Source: Podarcis liolepis
Taxonomy: Eukaryota
Assembly: GCA_965112155.1 (NCBI GenBank)
Contig: OZ218109.1
Reading direction: 5' to 3' (one strand)
Length of the DNA stretch: 64,000 nt
The notes under the pieces are model-generated. The model ran no database searches. It worked only from the letters and a program-made list of their open reading frames with translations, and was not told the DNA's origin. The first letter of the stretch is position 1, and every line of letters begins with the position of its first letter. Below, piece after piece: positions 37,601 through 47,830 of this stretch. The translations under genes were made by a program, and so were the position numbers.

Positions 37601-40600
37601 CTCATAAAGTGGATCAGATCATTCTTTAGTCAGTTCATGCATAAGGCCCATCCGTGTAATGGTGTCTATTCCATCTGTCTGTTCGTAAATTCCAAAAAAT
37701 CCACATGAAAGGTTGTTACAGTTCCACAAAATGCTTAATAGTAGCTGCTATTATGCCACAAGATCCACTGTCCTGTAATATCACATATGAGCTTTAAGTA
37801 CCGATGAAGCCCAGGACGGCGAAACAAGACCAATATTCCAAAAATCCTTGTCTAGACTCTGTGTAAGGATTTTGTGGAACTGTAACAACCTTTCATGTGG
37901 ATTTTTTGAGTTACTTCCGTTGAAATTTGTAATTTGATACTATGAGTAGTATACCTTATTTATCTACGAACACAGCCAACCGGTTATGTCTCGTGTGTTT
38001 ATTGAATCACAACGCCCATCATTCCTGGCCACTGGCCATGCTTGCTTGGACAGATAGGTTGCTGAACTACAACTCCCATGTACAGACTGGGCTACTGCAT
38101 CTCCAGAGGAAATTGTACTCCATCTCCAAGGAAAACTGTACAAATGGAAAACATCCAGAAAGAGATGAACAAAAATGGTTGAGGACCTGGGGCGCCCTTC
38201 CTCCTTGAGATAAAATGTTGAAATGTTCTGGGGAGCTAACTTTGGAGGGAGGCTGTGATGGAGTCTCATAAAGTTACACAAGCTGTGACGGAAACAGGGT
38301 GTTTTTCTCACATAACTCAAAATCACCAGCAAAAGTGATTGGCAACAAATTCAGGGCAGACCAAAGAGGACTTCCTTGCACAATTACTTATGCAATTTGC
38401 AGGCACTTGCTAGGGTTTTGCTGCCCCCGCTCCCCAACACACACACTTAGATAACTTGAAAAACAGATTAGATCACATGGAAGACTGGTCTGGTTTGCAG
38501 CCACTAGCCATAACAGCTAAATGGCCAGTTTACCTCTGAACGCCAGTTGCCCGTAGGCTTCAGTGCTGCAAAACTACTGCTTTCCTAACATGCTTCCCAC
38601 TATAGGAGACAGGATTCTAAACTAGACAGACCTTCTGATCCAGCAGGGCTCTTATTGTGATATGATGTTCAGGATCAGACCCAGAATACCAAATATGGTA
38701 CATGACTTACTGAAGCTGTGCCAAAGATACAGGAGGGGGCAGCGGCTAGCCAAGTTTTCTGCCCCGGGTGAAGCCTCCAGAGGGGCACCATTGAGGCTCC
38801 CAGCCTGAACACAAATGCACATACGGAGTGTGTGCCAAACTGGGTCTCTGCCCTGGTTATTAAGCCTAGTTTCGCCGCTGATAGAAGCAGTGTGAGACCT
38901 CAGGCCTGAAGGCCAAATGTGGCCCTCCAAGTCTCTCTATCAGGCCCTCTGACATCTCACCAGGCCCTTTCCCCAGCCATACTCAGTCTTGGCCCTGCTT
39001 TGAAAACTACCTGAGTGTTTTGACTGGGTGGAATGAACTTCGGTAATGCCTCTTGCTTCCCTGAGTTTGGGGGGGGGGGTGTAGAAAGACAGAGAAACCA
39101 GCGTACTGACAAAGGTAAAATTTGCATTAATTGCTCTGTCCACTTTTGCCTCTGGTGTTACCACCACTGCCATGTGGCCCTCAACAGGTGGCTCCAAAAT
39201 AAATGCGGCCCTTGGCTTTAAAAAAAGCTCCCCAGCCCTGACCTACTGTGTCATGTTTGTAATGGCAGACCTTTAAAAAAATAAAAAACCCTCACGCCTA
39301 AAATATACTCAGAATCGAGTAGTAATTTCATGCTATTTCAACTCATAGGAACAGTGATTGAATTCCTACCCCCCTACCCTCAGGCTTTATGTACATTATT
39401 TACACAATGAGTACCATCTGATTGGTTGATTACGTTTCGCTCCTGGAGCCTGATTGGGCAGCTGCTGCAGGCCAATCAGGTTGTTGCATTCTAGGATCCT
39501 ACCTGCCTGTTGTTTTAGGATCCAAGCTTAGTACATAACAACGCCTCACCCAGGGTTACTTATTTACATAAAAAAGTGTCCTTTAATTCAAATTCAACAG
39601 GCAGCATTCAAAGAGCTGATGAGACTCATGTAAATACTTCATGCAAGCACAGCAGAACTGGGGCTTTCCCCTTCAGCCTGATTCCCCCTTCCTGCCACTC
39701 CCTCAAAATGCCACACCACAGATTGCTTCTGAACACCATCCAGGTTTAATAAGCTTTGTGGTCCCACAGGGAAAAGTTGCCATTTAATGAAGCTTAAAGC
39801 CCCTTTCGTTCGCAGAACTGCTTTCACAATTATTTGAATCCTGACGTTGTATAAGATAGTTGTATCCAGCTAAGCCATTCTCAAAAAAGGCCCCTTGAAA
39901 TCAATGCACCTAAGTTATTGATTTCAATGGGTTTACTCGGAGTTACAGGCAAACCAATGAAATCAGTCTTAAGGAAGTATAAATGTAAGGTTTAATGCAT
40001 TTGTATTCAATTCAAGATTTTTTTAAAAAAATTAAAGCTACATCATTTCTGTAACCTGTGCAGTATGAATCTGTAGGAAAAATACTGTGTATCTCAGACT
40101 GACACGGGGCTAGTCACACACTAGGGAAGCATGAGTTGTTTCGTATACTGTAGTTAGTGATAAAAGTTCTTCACACCTTAAATTTCAAGGGCATTTCTTT
40201 GAAGCAGAACGCATTGGCTTTCACAAGACAGCGTTTTTGATGCGTAAGTTCAGTTGAGTTAAAAAAAAAAGGAAATCTCTGAAGATGTCTCTGGAGCAGA
40301 AGTTCAAAGATTTGTCTCTGGGGCCCGTTTCAGTTTCAAAAACAAAGTGCTTGCATTTTCCTCAAATATATTTTAAATGGAGCATACACAGATGTTTACT
40401 TTTCCTCAATCTGGTGGCAGGAAAAGGAAAAGGAAACAAGAAATGCCAGGTCACCTGGAGGAATATTGAAAGAACCTTAATGGGTGGGCCCATGGAGCAA
40501 AATATTTCCTCCAGAATAATCAATAGCAGGGTGAGCATATGGCTATCCACATGCTACCCAGCCAGATTCAAAGTTCTGCTGTTAATTCACAAAGTTCTAA

Positions 40601-43600
40601 ACAGTATCTTAAGGACCTTTCCTGATGCCCCACCTTGATCACTAAGTTCTACTGATGAAGCATCCTTGGTGGTCCCCACTGCTGCTGAGAGTCAGCTGGT
40701 CTTCAGGAGGGTCTAAGCCTTTCACGTAGAAGGCCATGATGAACTCATTGCCAATAGAAGTCCAGGGGGAGTCATCCCTGCTTTCTTTTAGACCTCTTTG
40801 ACAAACTGCACTGTTCAGGCAATCTTCTGCAAGCTTTATATTTTTGGCTGATATGCTGTTGATATTTTTACCGAGCTCATGGTTGTGCTGTTAGGTTTTT
40901 GCGTTGCACACCACCTTGTTCTATTTTTCTATGGAAGCATGGTTTAGAACTATTTAAATGAATACATAAAATAAAAACATTACTCCAACTTCAAAACCAG
41001 GGCAATGCAGGCAGGCAGGCAGGGTGAAGGAGAGACAGGCCAAGACTGTTCTCTGGATCCAGTTAATATGCATATACAAATCAGGTGAAGGAGACCAGGA
41101 GAATCAGGCAAGAGTTCAGCTACTGTTGTGTAGGGAGTTTTCCTGGACACATCTGGGAATCAGGCTCCCCAAATGGATTTTGCTGAAGTGGCAAAATATC
41201 CAGGAAAACCCGGACGCATAGCAAAGTAGGGCAATCCTAAAAATGCTTTTAAATTCCCCAAACAGCCCAAAAACGTATCCTATTTTTCGCTCTATAAGAC
41301 ACACCAGACCATAAGACGCACCTAGTTTTTGTAGGAGGAAAACAAGAAAAAAAATATTCTGAATCTCAGAAGCCAGAACAGCAAGAGGGATCACTGCGTA
41401 GCGAAAACAGCGATCCCTCTTGCTGTTCTGGCTTCTGGGATAGCTGCGCAGCCTGCATTCGCTCCATAAGACGCACACACATTTCCCCTTACTTTTTAGG
41501 AGGGAAAAAGTGAGTGTTATAGAGCAAAAAATACGGTATTTTGGGGGGAGATGTTCCCAAAAAGCTCAACAATTTCTCCTCCCCCTCCCCCCAAAAAAGA
41601 TGAACAACTTTGTCCAGATTTTCACTTTTGGGAATGTGACAACCCTACTGATGTATCTTCACATAAGACCACCTGCCCTTTCTTGTACCATAGACACTGA
41701 TCTGGGTATAGTGCCGAGAGTTCTAAGCAACAACAGCTACATATTATTAAACAGGACAAGTAGTTTCCTTGCAAATCTTTTTATGTTACTGGCATCACAG
41801 AGCTATTAATACAGCAGCTTGGTCAACATCATCCATGTCCTCTTGGGCAACCATGCTCAAGATACCACCCTCAAAATGATACAGGGATATCAATAAAATA
41901 TGCAATGTGACATAAGAAAATAACAGAAGATGTCATAAAATAACTGTCATGTGTTACAGTTTCCCTGCACTGAATAAGCAGCTGGTAAATAAATTTTATT
42001 GTTAACTATACTGTCCTCTTTCAGAAAACAAATATCTGATTATTAAAATATTTTGCAGTTTGCCACACGGTTGCAGTCAAACAATGAAATGCACTGGTAT
42101 GAAAATATCCACTCTCCGTTACTGTAAAAATGAAGTCCTGCTGTTAACTACCTACAAACAGTAACAACTTACAGTGAAATCCTAACCATGTCCATTCAGA
42201 ATTAAGTCCCACTGGATTCCATGGACTTTTTTTCAAGTAAACAAGGTTAGGAGAGCAGCCCTAGGCAGCAACTATATACCCATCTGCCTGTGAGTAAATG
42301 AATTCAGTGGGACTTACTGCTGAATAGACAAGGTTAGAACCGTGCTGGCGATCTTACAGTTCTTGGCGTTCAGATTTTAGTGGAAGCCATGTTAGAAGTA
42401 TTTCAAAAGGCTACAACTTAGAAAGGTAGCAGAACTGCATATCTAGCCCACCTTTTTCCTCCCAATTTTAGACCGATTGTAGAATTTCAAGATGCCACCT
42501 TTTCACTGGAACACCCCAAACTAATGCTATTTCTTTTAATGAAAGTCAATAAACTTCCAGTGTTAAGGTCAACTACCACCGGGGAAGTCTAATACTTTGA
42601 GAGAGTGGCAGTCCCTGTTCCAAAGGAAAACTCAACCACACAAAGAGGCGCTGGGTGCTTTGATACTTATTCCAAAGGTAAAGACATAGTTGATCTTTCT
42701 TACCTGCAAATCAGCCGGTTCTTTACCAAAGCTGTGAAGATATCTTGAAACAGCTTGTGCTGTGGATGTTGACTAAATTTCCTCTCATTCTTGTAATTCA
42801 TACTAAGGGGAGAAAAAGGCAAATGGGCATTGCACAAGGCACAAATGCTTTTGCTCACAGTGATGGGATGCTAAGAGATGGTTGTCTGTGCAGGAAATGC
42901 ATTTTTTACTACAGTGACTTAATGAAAATGACAACAAAGATTATTAGGTTACAATCCATGTACTCCAAACTGGATTCCTGCTCCTGCTTGGACTCACTGG
43001 TTAGCCCCCAGGGAAAATAATAGGGCAAGTCCCTGTCAGGAGCTTGTCCTACACTCGAGTAGGACCCTGGCAGAGACACATGCCCGACTGGCATGTTCCC
43101 TCCTAGTCGATCGTTCGGGAGCTTCAAAAGCTTTATTCTGCCCAAACATCACAGTGACCGATGCCAACAGACATCAGGACACTTAGGGATCCGCAGAGTC
43201 TTCGCAGTTTGCGTAACAGACCTCAGCAACTCAGCATTTTGGCTAACCTACTTTATTTACATAGAAATACACACAGAGCACTGCACCATGGCTCCCTCTC
43301 TCTCTAGCATCAGACAGCAACGAGAAAAAATGAAGGACAATAGTCCCACTTCACGGAACACAGTAACACAAACATCCTGTCTCCGTCACTTCCAACTCTG
43401 TGGAGTTAAAACATATACCGTCATGTGAAAGACAACAATCTCATGACTGCAATCATGGAGCAGGAATTCTAACAGTCCCTACCTCTCCCCTGAATGTTAC
43501 AACTGCCACTGCTGACTTAATTTATTATCTTAACTTGTATGCTGCTCTTTCATATAAGTATGGCAAAGTGGTCCACAAGAACTCATTCCATTCATGCCGG

Positions 43601-46359
43601 GTGTCAATTATCCTAGGAGGGGAGCGTGCAAGGTTCAGCGAAGTTCATCTTGAAGAGACAAACCTGAAAGGACATCTTTCCCGGATGGCATACTAGCACT
43701 GTGCTGGTAGGGCCTGGGTTCCTGGATGGACTGCCCATCAGAAGAGGCTTCTGAAACTCCTATCTACAGTGTTACATGCAAAGCAGAAGTTCAGGATGAC
43801 CGCAAAAATCCTAAATTGCCTCCTGTATGCAAGGCAACAACGAAGGCTGCCACCTTATCCCCCAATACCTGGGAATAACCCTATCCAATTCAATAGGACT
43901 TACATCTGAGCCACAGTTAAGACAGCCCTGTCAGATGTCAATAATACAGTATGTCTTAAAGTCACTTATGATTGAATTTATTTACTATTATCCCATGAGG
44001 TTCTAGATGTCAGTTTGCATTTCTTAGTGCAAAAAGTATTGATCTGATGTGTAGAGATCTTTCCTATTCTACTTAATTCAAGAAGCTTCTGGAAGCTTCT
44101 CTGTGTGAAAGAAACCAATGATATTTGGGTTATACCTTCAGAGAAGCTAAGTACAGCTGGTTTGAACTGGTTCTCTTACCTCTTTCTGTCAAGGTTATGC
44201 TGACTATAAAAGTAAGGCCAGATGGAGCCTGGGTTTCACTTTCTCTTTCTTTCCCGTCTGGTGTTGTGTTCTGTATGCTTAGTGCTAAGGTTCAGTCTTG
44301 TTATAAGTTATTGTAAGTTGAAGTTAAGTCTGCTGCAACTGGATTTCTTATGGACAGTGCCGATCCTAAATGAATTGGATTTGTGACCATTATGCTCATT
44401 TGCCTTCAGTGGCAGTAAAGCTCTGCTGGATGAAATATAATCGCTTCTGGTCTATTTTCTGGGAATCCTGTAACGTGTTTAAGTTTTTACTCTGCTAACT
44501 ATACATTGGAATCTGCTCTGGATCAATATTGAGTAGAATTTCAGTGACACTAGAGCACACTCAATAGTAAAGATTATATATATATAGCATAAAAGGATTT
44601 GAATTGGATCCAGATAAATACAATAAACATTCATTTTCTTTTCTGCACGGTACCTAAAGTGTTCGAGTTCAACAGCTTCAGTCGATTCTTGCCATTGACC
44701 TCTACATCTCTCTCCACAAGGGTTGCTGGAGTATTGCTCAGACTTGGTCATGCTATTATTAGAACTTTCAAAGTTAAGGGCTGGCAGCTGCAAATGCAAA
44801 GGAGATTTACTATAAGACAAATGATATAAAGTGTTTAGCTGGGTCAGAGGAAAATACGTGATTGTCACTGGGACCTCGGGCAATTTAACCTTTGAATTCA
44901 GACAACAAGGAGATAATTTTTAAAAATAATAATCCAATATATACAGCAGATTTCAAAGCACTCTAGGCTGTCTCTTCTCCATAACTGCACACAGATCTTG
45001 AAAAGATGCAGCTGGAGTATGCAAGGGGGAAAGGAATGAAAACATAGCAAGCATTCTCAAAATGGCAGTTGGGTCACATGATGCAGAAAGTTCTGAGCAG
45101 CAATGGCTCCTTAGCCTTGCTGAATGCTCTCTAAGAAGCAGGAAGCTTGCATCTATACTTTTCAGGGAAATTTAAAAAACCTGGACCAAAAACCGAGGAG
45201 AGATCTCTCCTCAAATAGCCTTCCTGGAATAGAAAGCACCTGCTCTGCAGAAGTAGACAGAGAACAAAGTGAGCTTATTAAGAGCAGGGAATGAGAGCAC
45301 TGCCTCCTGAGAATAAGTTGTTTATGTATACAGAAGGGATGAAGAAGCTGTGGCCCTCTAGATGTTACTAGACTCCATCTCCCCTCAACCCCAGAAAGCA
45401 CGGCCAATGGTGAGGGCTGAGAGGAGTTGTTGATGGCAGCTCTCCATAATAGGGTACCAGAGAAAAAAGACTTATTTAAAGGGCACAGGCAGTTTCTTAA
45501 AGAAATACTTTTACTGTTGGCATGACCTACCTCAACTCACAAATCCCATCTACACTATACATTTAAAACAGTATCCTGCCCCCAGAATCCTGGGAAATGT
45601 AGTTCGTTAAAGGTGCTGAGAGGTATTAGGAACCCCTATTGCTCTCTGAGCTACAATTCCCAGAATTCCCTGGGAAGAAACAAAAGAAAACCCATATGCA
45701 ATGGGTTCCTTCTTTTCAACTCCATCCATCCCTAAAAAGGATCCTCCCACCCTCATATTTAGGCAGAGCTTGAAAGCTACTGTTCAAAAATTAATTTTGA
45801 ATATCTGAATATTAATTTTGAGTATTTCCAAAATCAAATTAATTTCAATAATAATGAATAAATTAATAATTACAGCCTGCCGTTACAAAATGGCTAATGA
45901 AAAATACCTGTTGTTTGCTTGACTGGACATTTAGCAGTGCCAGAAGCCTTTTAAGGTCTGAGTAATCCCTAGGAGAAAACATAAATTATATGCTTATTAG
46001 CAACACATTACACTACCTTATTTCATCAGTAAGTAATCTAAATGAAATAATATTGAAGTTTATATTTCTATGGCATTGTATCAAGCATTCCACAATATTG
46101 CCTCAGCGGTCTGCTCTACACACCCACAATTTGTGTAGTCTTCTTAACCGCCAATTGTTTCTGTCAAAGTGAAAAGGTCTTGGTGACCAGAGTAACAGTC
46201 ACCATGTACACAGAGCGATTCAGATTAAACTATTCTGTCTGGCAGCTGGTGCAGATTCCAGAGAGTCACTGCTGACATTTAGCGAAAAGCACAGTACCCT
46301 TGAAGTTTGGTATCAGTTGCCTTGTCTGTGGTCTTCACCTTCTTGTGTTGATCAGGCAT
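10757..46359 (-). CDS. NEK10: NEK10 (NIMA-related kinase 10), 5' portion: 21 coding exons, 2008 nt (669 codons + 1), gene continues left of the window
   Basis: GT-AG exons join in one open frame from MPDQHKKVKTT through the ARM-repeat region to kinase motifs GSGAFGSVYK, AMKE and HRDLTPNN; closely matches recalled human NEK10; adjacent to SLC4A7 as in human. Confidence 0.97.
11132..12037 (+). mobile_element. Solo LTR (~906 bp) inserted into a SINE-like repeat
   Basis: TG...CA ends; flanks GACAAG/GACAAT; TATA-like at ~11216; AATAAA at ~11825; internal 20-bp tandem duplication at ~11692-11731. Confidence 0.7.
12489..12610 (-). CDS. NEK10: NEK10 exon: DRLYIVMELIEGAPLGEHFHSLKEKQQQFTEDRLWHIFIQ
   Basis: tag|...CAA|gtaagg, 122 nt. 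Confidence 0.97.
13000..13345 (-). mobile_element. L1-like LINE 3' fragment
   Basis: Degenerate ORF2 C-terminal-like sequence (EVPTKEEWQLK...EYAHLA...FKEDWKMFIEY); ends approximate. Confidence 0.6.
13470..13586. mobile_element. Minimal Penelope-like palindromic insertion nested in another repeat
   Basis: 13-bp TSD TCACCATGAAGTT; 20-bp inverted repeat; uninterrupted host copy at ~23945-24065. Confidence 0.7.
14511..14556 (-). CDS. NEK10: NEK10 exon: LYHPNVVRYYRTFLE
   Basis: tag|...A|gtaagt, 46 nt. Confidence 0.95.
15083..15324. mobile_element. Tc1/mariner (Tigger-like) MITE, family A
   Basis: TIR CAGTGGTACCTCGGGTTA; TA TSD. Confidence 0.9.
15626..15878. mobile_element. Tc1/mariner MITE, family B
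   Basis: TIR CAGTGGTACCTCGCAAGACGAA; internal GCAAGACGAAA repeats; TA TSD. Confidence 0.9.
16045..16415 (-). mobile_element. Sauria SINE, near full length
   Basis: tRNA-like head GGGACCTGGGTGGTGCTGTGGTCTAAACC; ACCTTT-type tail; TSD core CTTTAATAG on both sides. Confidence 0.9.
17626..17763 (-). CDS. NEK10: NEK10 exon: VRKRSGQNLLAMKEINLHNPAFGKDKKDRDSSVKNIVSELTIIREQ (ATP-binding Lys, alphaC Glu)
   Basis: tag|...CAG|gtgagt, 138 nt, phase 0/0. Confidence 0.97.
18355..18699. mobile_element. Tc1/mariner MITE, family B, inverted relative to 15626
   Basis: Same TIRs; TA TSD; track ORFs 15628+ and 18458- are near-identical. Confidence 0.9.
18744..18872 (-). CDS. NEK10: NEK10 exon: EDEVKQIAENIEDINQNKAPTKYIGNYAILDHLGSGAFGSVYK (kinase Gly-rich loop)
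   Basis: tag|...AAG|gtaaat, 129 nt. Confidence 0.97.
19955..20057 (-). CDS. NEK10: NEK10 exon: LFPTHLFESFIDIGHYVREISAYEELVLKLNALL
   Basis: tag|...CTG|gtaagt, 103 nt. Confidence 0.95.
22008..22072 (-). CDS. NEK10: NEK10 exon: CYAFRALRFLFSMERNRHLFK
   Basis: cag|...AG|gtatgc, 65 nt. Confidence 0.96.
22671..22915. mobile_element. Cluster of fragments: SINE tail (AAAGGT repeats), partial mariner MITE (to 22841), CR1 3' end
   Basis: Similarity to other in-window copies; CR1-type AGAATCATAGAA...CATCTAGTCCAACCC. Confidence 0.65.
23059..23127. repeat. (TG)n microsatellite with CG interruptions
   Basis: Seen directly. Confidence 0.95.
23199..23263. repeat. (AAT)n microsatellite
   Basis: Seen directly. 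Confidence 0.95.
23495..23572 (-). CDS. NEK10: NEK10 exon: ENGVYTIAKLILPNKQRNVVKANLLQ
   Basis: cag|...CAG|gtaatc, 78 nt. Confidence 0.95.
23741..23918. mobile_element. hAT-type MITE
   Basis: 15-bp TIR CAGTGGTTCCCAATT; degenerate TSD sharing TTACAG. Confidence 0.75.
24130..24291 (-). mobile_element. MIR/CORE-like tRNA-derived SINE fragment
   Basis: Reverse complement carries A box (TGGTGTAGTGG) and B box (GGTTCAAATCC). Confidence 0.6.
24849..24910 (-). CDS. NEK10: NEK10 exon: CCAAITELVLNDTNAHQVVQ
   Basis: tag|...CAA|gtaaga, 62 nt. Confidence 0.95.
24988..25443. mobile_element. Tc2/pogo-like MITE, related family
   Basis: TIR CCGTATTTTTCCGTGTATAAGAC / GTCTTATACACAGAAAAGTACGG; TA TSD. Confidence 0.85.
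25965..26325 (+). mobile_element. L1-like LINE 3' fragment with A-rich tail
   Basis: Degenerate LTAAQIVIAKKWK-like sequence and AATAAA/A-rich end; ends approximate. Confidence 0.5.
26952..27079. mobile_element. Palindromic hAT-type MITE (128 bp)
   Basis: TIR CAGGCATAGGCAAACTCC; 8-bp TSD CCCTAACC/TCCTAACC. Confidence 0.85.
27396..27535 (-). CDS. NEK10: NEK10 exon: ERNLFSDRSSIGSLSSANAAGRIQQLRFSEDLSPHEIQENTFSLQA
   Basis: cag|...G|gtgcat, 140 nt. Confidence 0.95.
27818..28042 (-). CDS. NEK10: NEK10 exon: LTAELLRLLCVESHVKEQVKLYEG...IWGGIKQLLHILQ (ARM repeats)
   Basis: cag|...GG|gtaggt, 225 nt; track ORF 27814-28071. Confidence 0.97.
28116..28341. mobile_element. Tc1/mariner MITE, family A
   Basis: Closely similar to the 15083 copy; TA TSD. 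Confidence 0.9.
28464..28795. mobile_element. Chimeric remnant: partial Sauria SINE (~28464-28635) joined to a partial Tc2/pogo-like MITE end
   Basis: First part matches the 16045/35322 copies; second part ends in ...AAAAATACGG|TA like the 2706 family. Confidence 0.7.
29350..29436 (-). CDS. NEK10: NEK10 exon: PGCREKISELNVVENLLVILHEYDLLSK
   Basis: tag|...AG|gtagga, 87 nt. Confidence 0.95.
30209..30536. mobile_element. hAT-type non-autonomous element
   Basis: CAGGGGT...ACCCCTG termini; perfect 8-bp TSD CTCCAGAC. Confidence 0.9.
31445..31524 (-). CDS. NEK10: NEK10 exon: TLINLLGARENNVLLGALLALTSLAE
   Basis: cag|...AG|gtaagc, 80 nt. Confidence 0.95.
32254..32321 (-). CDS. NEK10: NEK10 exon: IFQKLSAVKDQREWVTASGAHK
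   Basis: cag|...AAA|gtaagt, 68 nt. Confidence 0.95.
32601..32769. mobile_element. Short Tc2/pogo-like MITE
   Basis: Degenerate CCATATTTTTTGC...GCGAAAAATACGG TIRs; TA flanks. Confidence 0.75.
32872..32950 (-). CDS. NEK10: NEK10 exon: YMETVANDYLCYGEEHHNIDKLVNMT
   Basis: cag|...T|gtaagt, 79 nt. Confidence 0.95.
33706..33768. repeat. (ATATT)n microsatellite
   Basis: Seen directly. Confidence 0.95.
34639..34684. repeat. (GA)n microsatellite
   Basis: Seen directly. Confidence 0.95.
35114..35155 (-). CDS. NEK10: NEK10 exon: EALHNLGGIDALAQ
   Basis: tag|...CAG|gtaacc, 42 nt. Confidence 0.93.
35322..35713 (-). mobile_element. Sauria SINE, full length
   Basis: Head GGGACGCGGGTGGCGCTGTGG; (ACCTTT)n tail; TSD AACTAG. 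Confidence 0.92.
36315..36399 (-). CDS. NEK10: NEK10 exon: EWANRASSIHFLRVLICIRLLMRDQCYQ
   Basis: cag|...CAG|gttagt, 85 nt. Confidence 0.95.
37372..38002. mobile_element. Penelope-like insertion with tandem and inverted duplications
   Basis: 15-bp TSD TGAATCACAAC(A/G)CCC; 96-bp tandem duplication; ~140-bp inverted copy; hammerhead-like core. Family assignment is inference. Confidence 0.6.
41279..41536. mobile_element. Tc2/pogo-like MITE with internal palindrome
   Basis: TIR-like ends; internal AGAAGCCAGAACAGCAAGAGGGATC...GATCCCTCTTGCTGTTCTGGCTTCT. Confidence 0.8.
42704..42802 (-). CDS. NEK10: NEK10 exon: MNYKNERKFSQHPQHKLFQDIFTALVKNRLIC
   Basis: tag|...AG|gtaaga, 99 nt. Confidence 0.95.
43034..43474 (-). 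mobile_element. Solo LTR (441 bp)
   Basis: TGTCAG...CTAACA ends; perfect 5-bp TSD GTCCC (43029-43033, 43475-43479); minus-strand AATAAA at ~43252. Confidence 0.85.
44654..44787 (-). CDS. NEK10: NEK10 exon: LPALNFESSNNSMTKSE...ESTEAVELEHF
   Basis: cag|...AG|gtaccg, 134 nt; lies within track ORF 44479-44883. Confidence 0.95.
45908..45968 (-). CDS. NEK10: NEK10 exon: DYSDLKRLLALLNVQSSKQQ
   Basis: tag|...CAG|gtattt, 61 nt, phase consistent. Confidence 0.95.
46298..46359 (-). CDS. NEK10: NEK10 coding exon 1 (whole exon 46298-46398): MPDQHKKVKTTDKATDTKLQG
   Basis: ATG at 46359-46357 (ACAATGC); acceptor ttttctcttcag at 46399; donor GG|gtactg; ends in phase 2. Confidence 0.9.
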
Positions 46360-47745
46360 TGTATAACATCAAGGCATCAGGATTAACACATCATGCCTCT
46401 GAAGAGAAAACAAATGTAAAAATGTTGTTTTTTCACTTGACAAGTGAAGGACAATACCAGTAGATGACCTGAGTAACTGGAGAAAGAGATGTCTACAGGA
46501 AAGAAAACAAAGAATACATAATAGGTCCAGGGATTAAATAAATCAAAAGAGCATACCCTTCAACATTTCTCCAATGAAAATAGGAACATCCTATTCCATT
46601 AATATTATTAATACCCCACCCATCTGCCTGGGTTGCCCCCACCACTCTGAGCAGCTTCCAACATATATAAAATCATAACAAAAGATTAAAATCATAATTA
46701 AAGATTGAACTATTCAGGGCTGCCTTCAGATGACTTCTATGGCTCGGGGGTTGCATAACTCCATAACCTCCAACATTTCTCTAATGAAAATAGGGACGTC
46801 CTAAGGAAAAGCAGGACATTCCAGGATCAAATCAGAAACCAGGATGGCTTCTGTAAATCTGGGACTGTCCCTGGAAAATAGGGACACTTGGAAGGTATGA
46901 AAGAGCTGTTTTAGCTTCTCTTAAAAGCTCCTGCTTACGAAGTGGGATTCTTCACCTTCATTGTTTTTAACCACAAATCTACATGCCATATCTCGAATCG
47001 CTTTTGAGATACTTCTCACTTTCAAATATGGTTTGTCATGTGCACGTCAAGGGGAAAGGGGAACTGTTGTTCAAGAACTTAAAAGCAAAGCTGAGTGGAA
47101 TGGAGCTTTCAGAGATCATGGTCAAAATATGCACAAAGTCTAATTTCTCTGGATTCCCATTTCGATGGCTGGGGGGTGGGGGAGCAGGAACTAAAAAGAT
47201 GAGTGGCCTGCTAGCAACCACCTATTATTGATGACTGGTTTCCATATTGGTTTGCACATTCCAAAATGATAAAAAGTTCTCTTAAAAAAATAATAATTAA
47301 GGAAGTGCTGACACCTGTTCCTCAAAAGCCTTCATAAATGTACTGACATATATAAGATACTATGGTGTGCAAATTTAAAAAGAAGTGCTTTTTTCTGGGG
47401 GTACTCAAAAGTACACAGTACTGGCACACACACACCCTCAAAAAAAAATGTTAGAAGTGTGACACTTACTGTAACAACTTCATGATGTGTACCAGTACCT
47501 TTTATTATAATTATAATGATGATGATGATAGTGTTCCAAAGCTAAATCTGAGAGAGAACAAACCACGCACTGCATATGTTCCAAAGCTAAATCTGACACC
47601 GAAAAGAGATCCTAGTGGCTCTCCCCGGCCTGCTCCCTGGGGTCCGCTGGGAATTCCCATCCAATCATAAATTATGGGATGGGAAACTCCACAAAACGCT
47701 GCTTCCTTCGTTCCTCCCAAGCATCCCCTTCCTCGCTCTACTCAC

Positions 47746-47830
47746 TTCGCACAGGGAGGGGCGGCGCCTTGGATTCCCGATCTCTCTGCCCCTCCCCAGT
47801 TTGCAGATCCACCGCACCTCTCCGTTATTA
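47746..47830 (-). other. NEK10: Probable non-coding first exon of NEK10 (5' end approximate)
   Basis: Strong donor GAA|gtgagt at 47745 at the edge of the CpG island; TSS inferred only. Confidence 0.55.

Noticed and set aside
43929-44530. LTR-like block with CCAAT, TATAAAA and AGTAAA
   Set aside because: Could not define TG...CA termini or a TSD, so not reported as a feature
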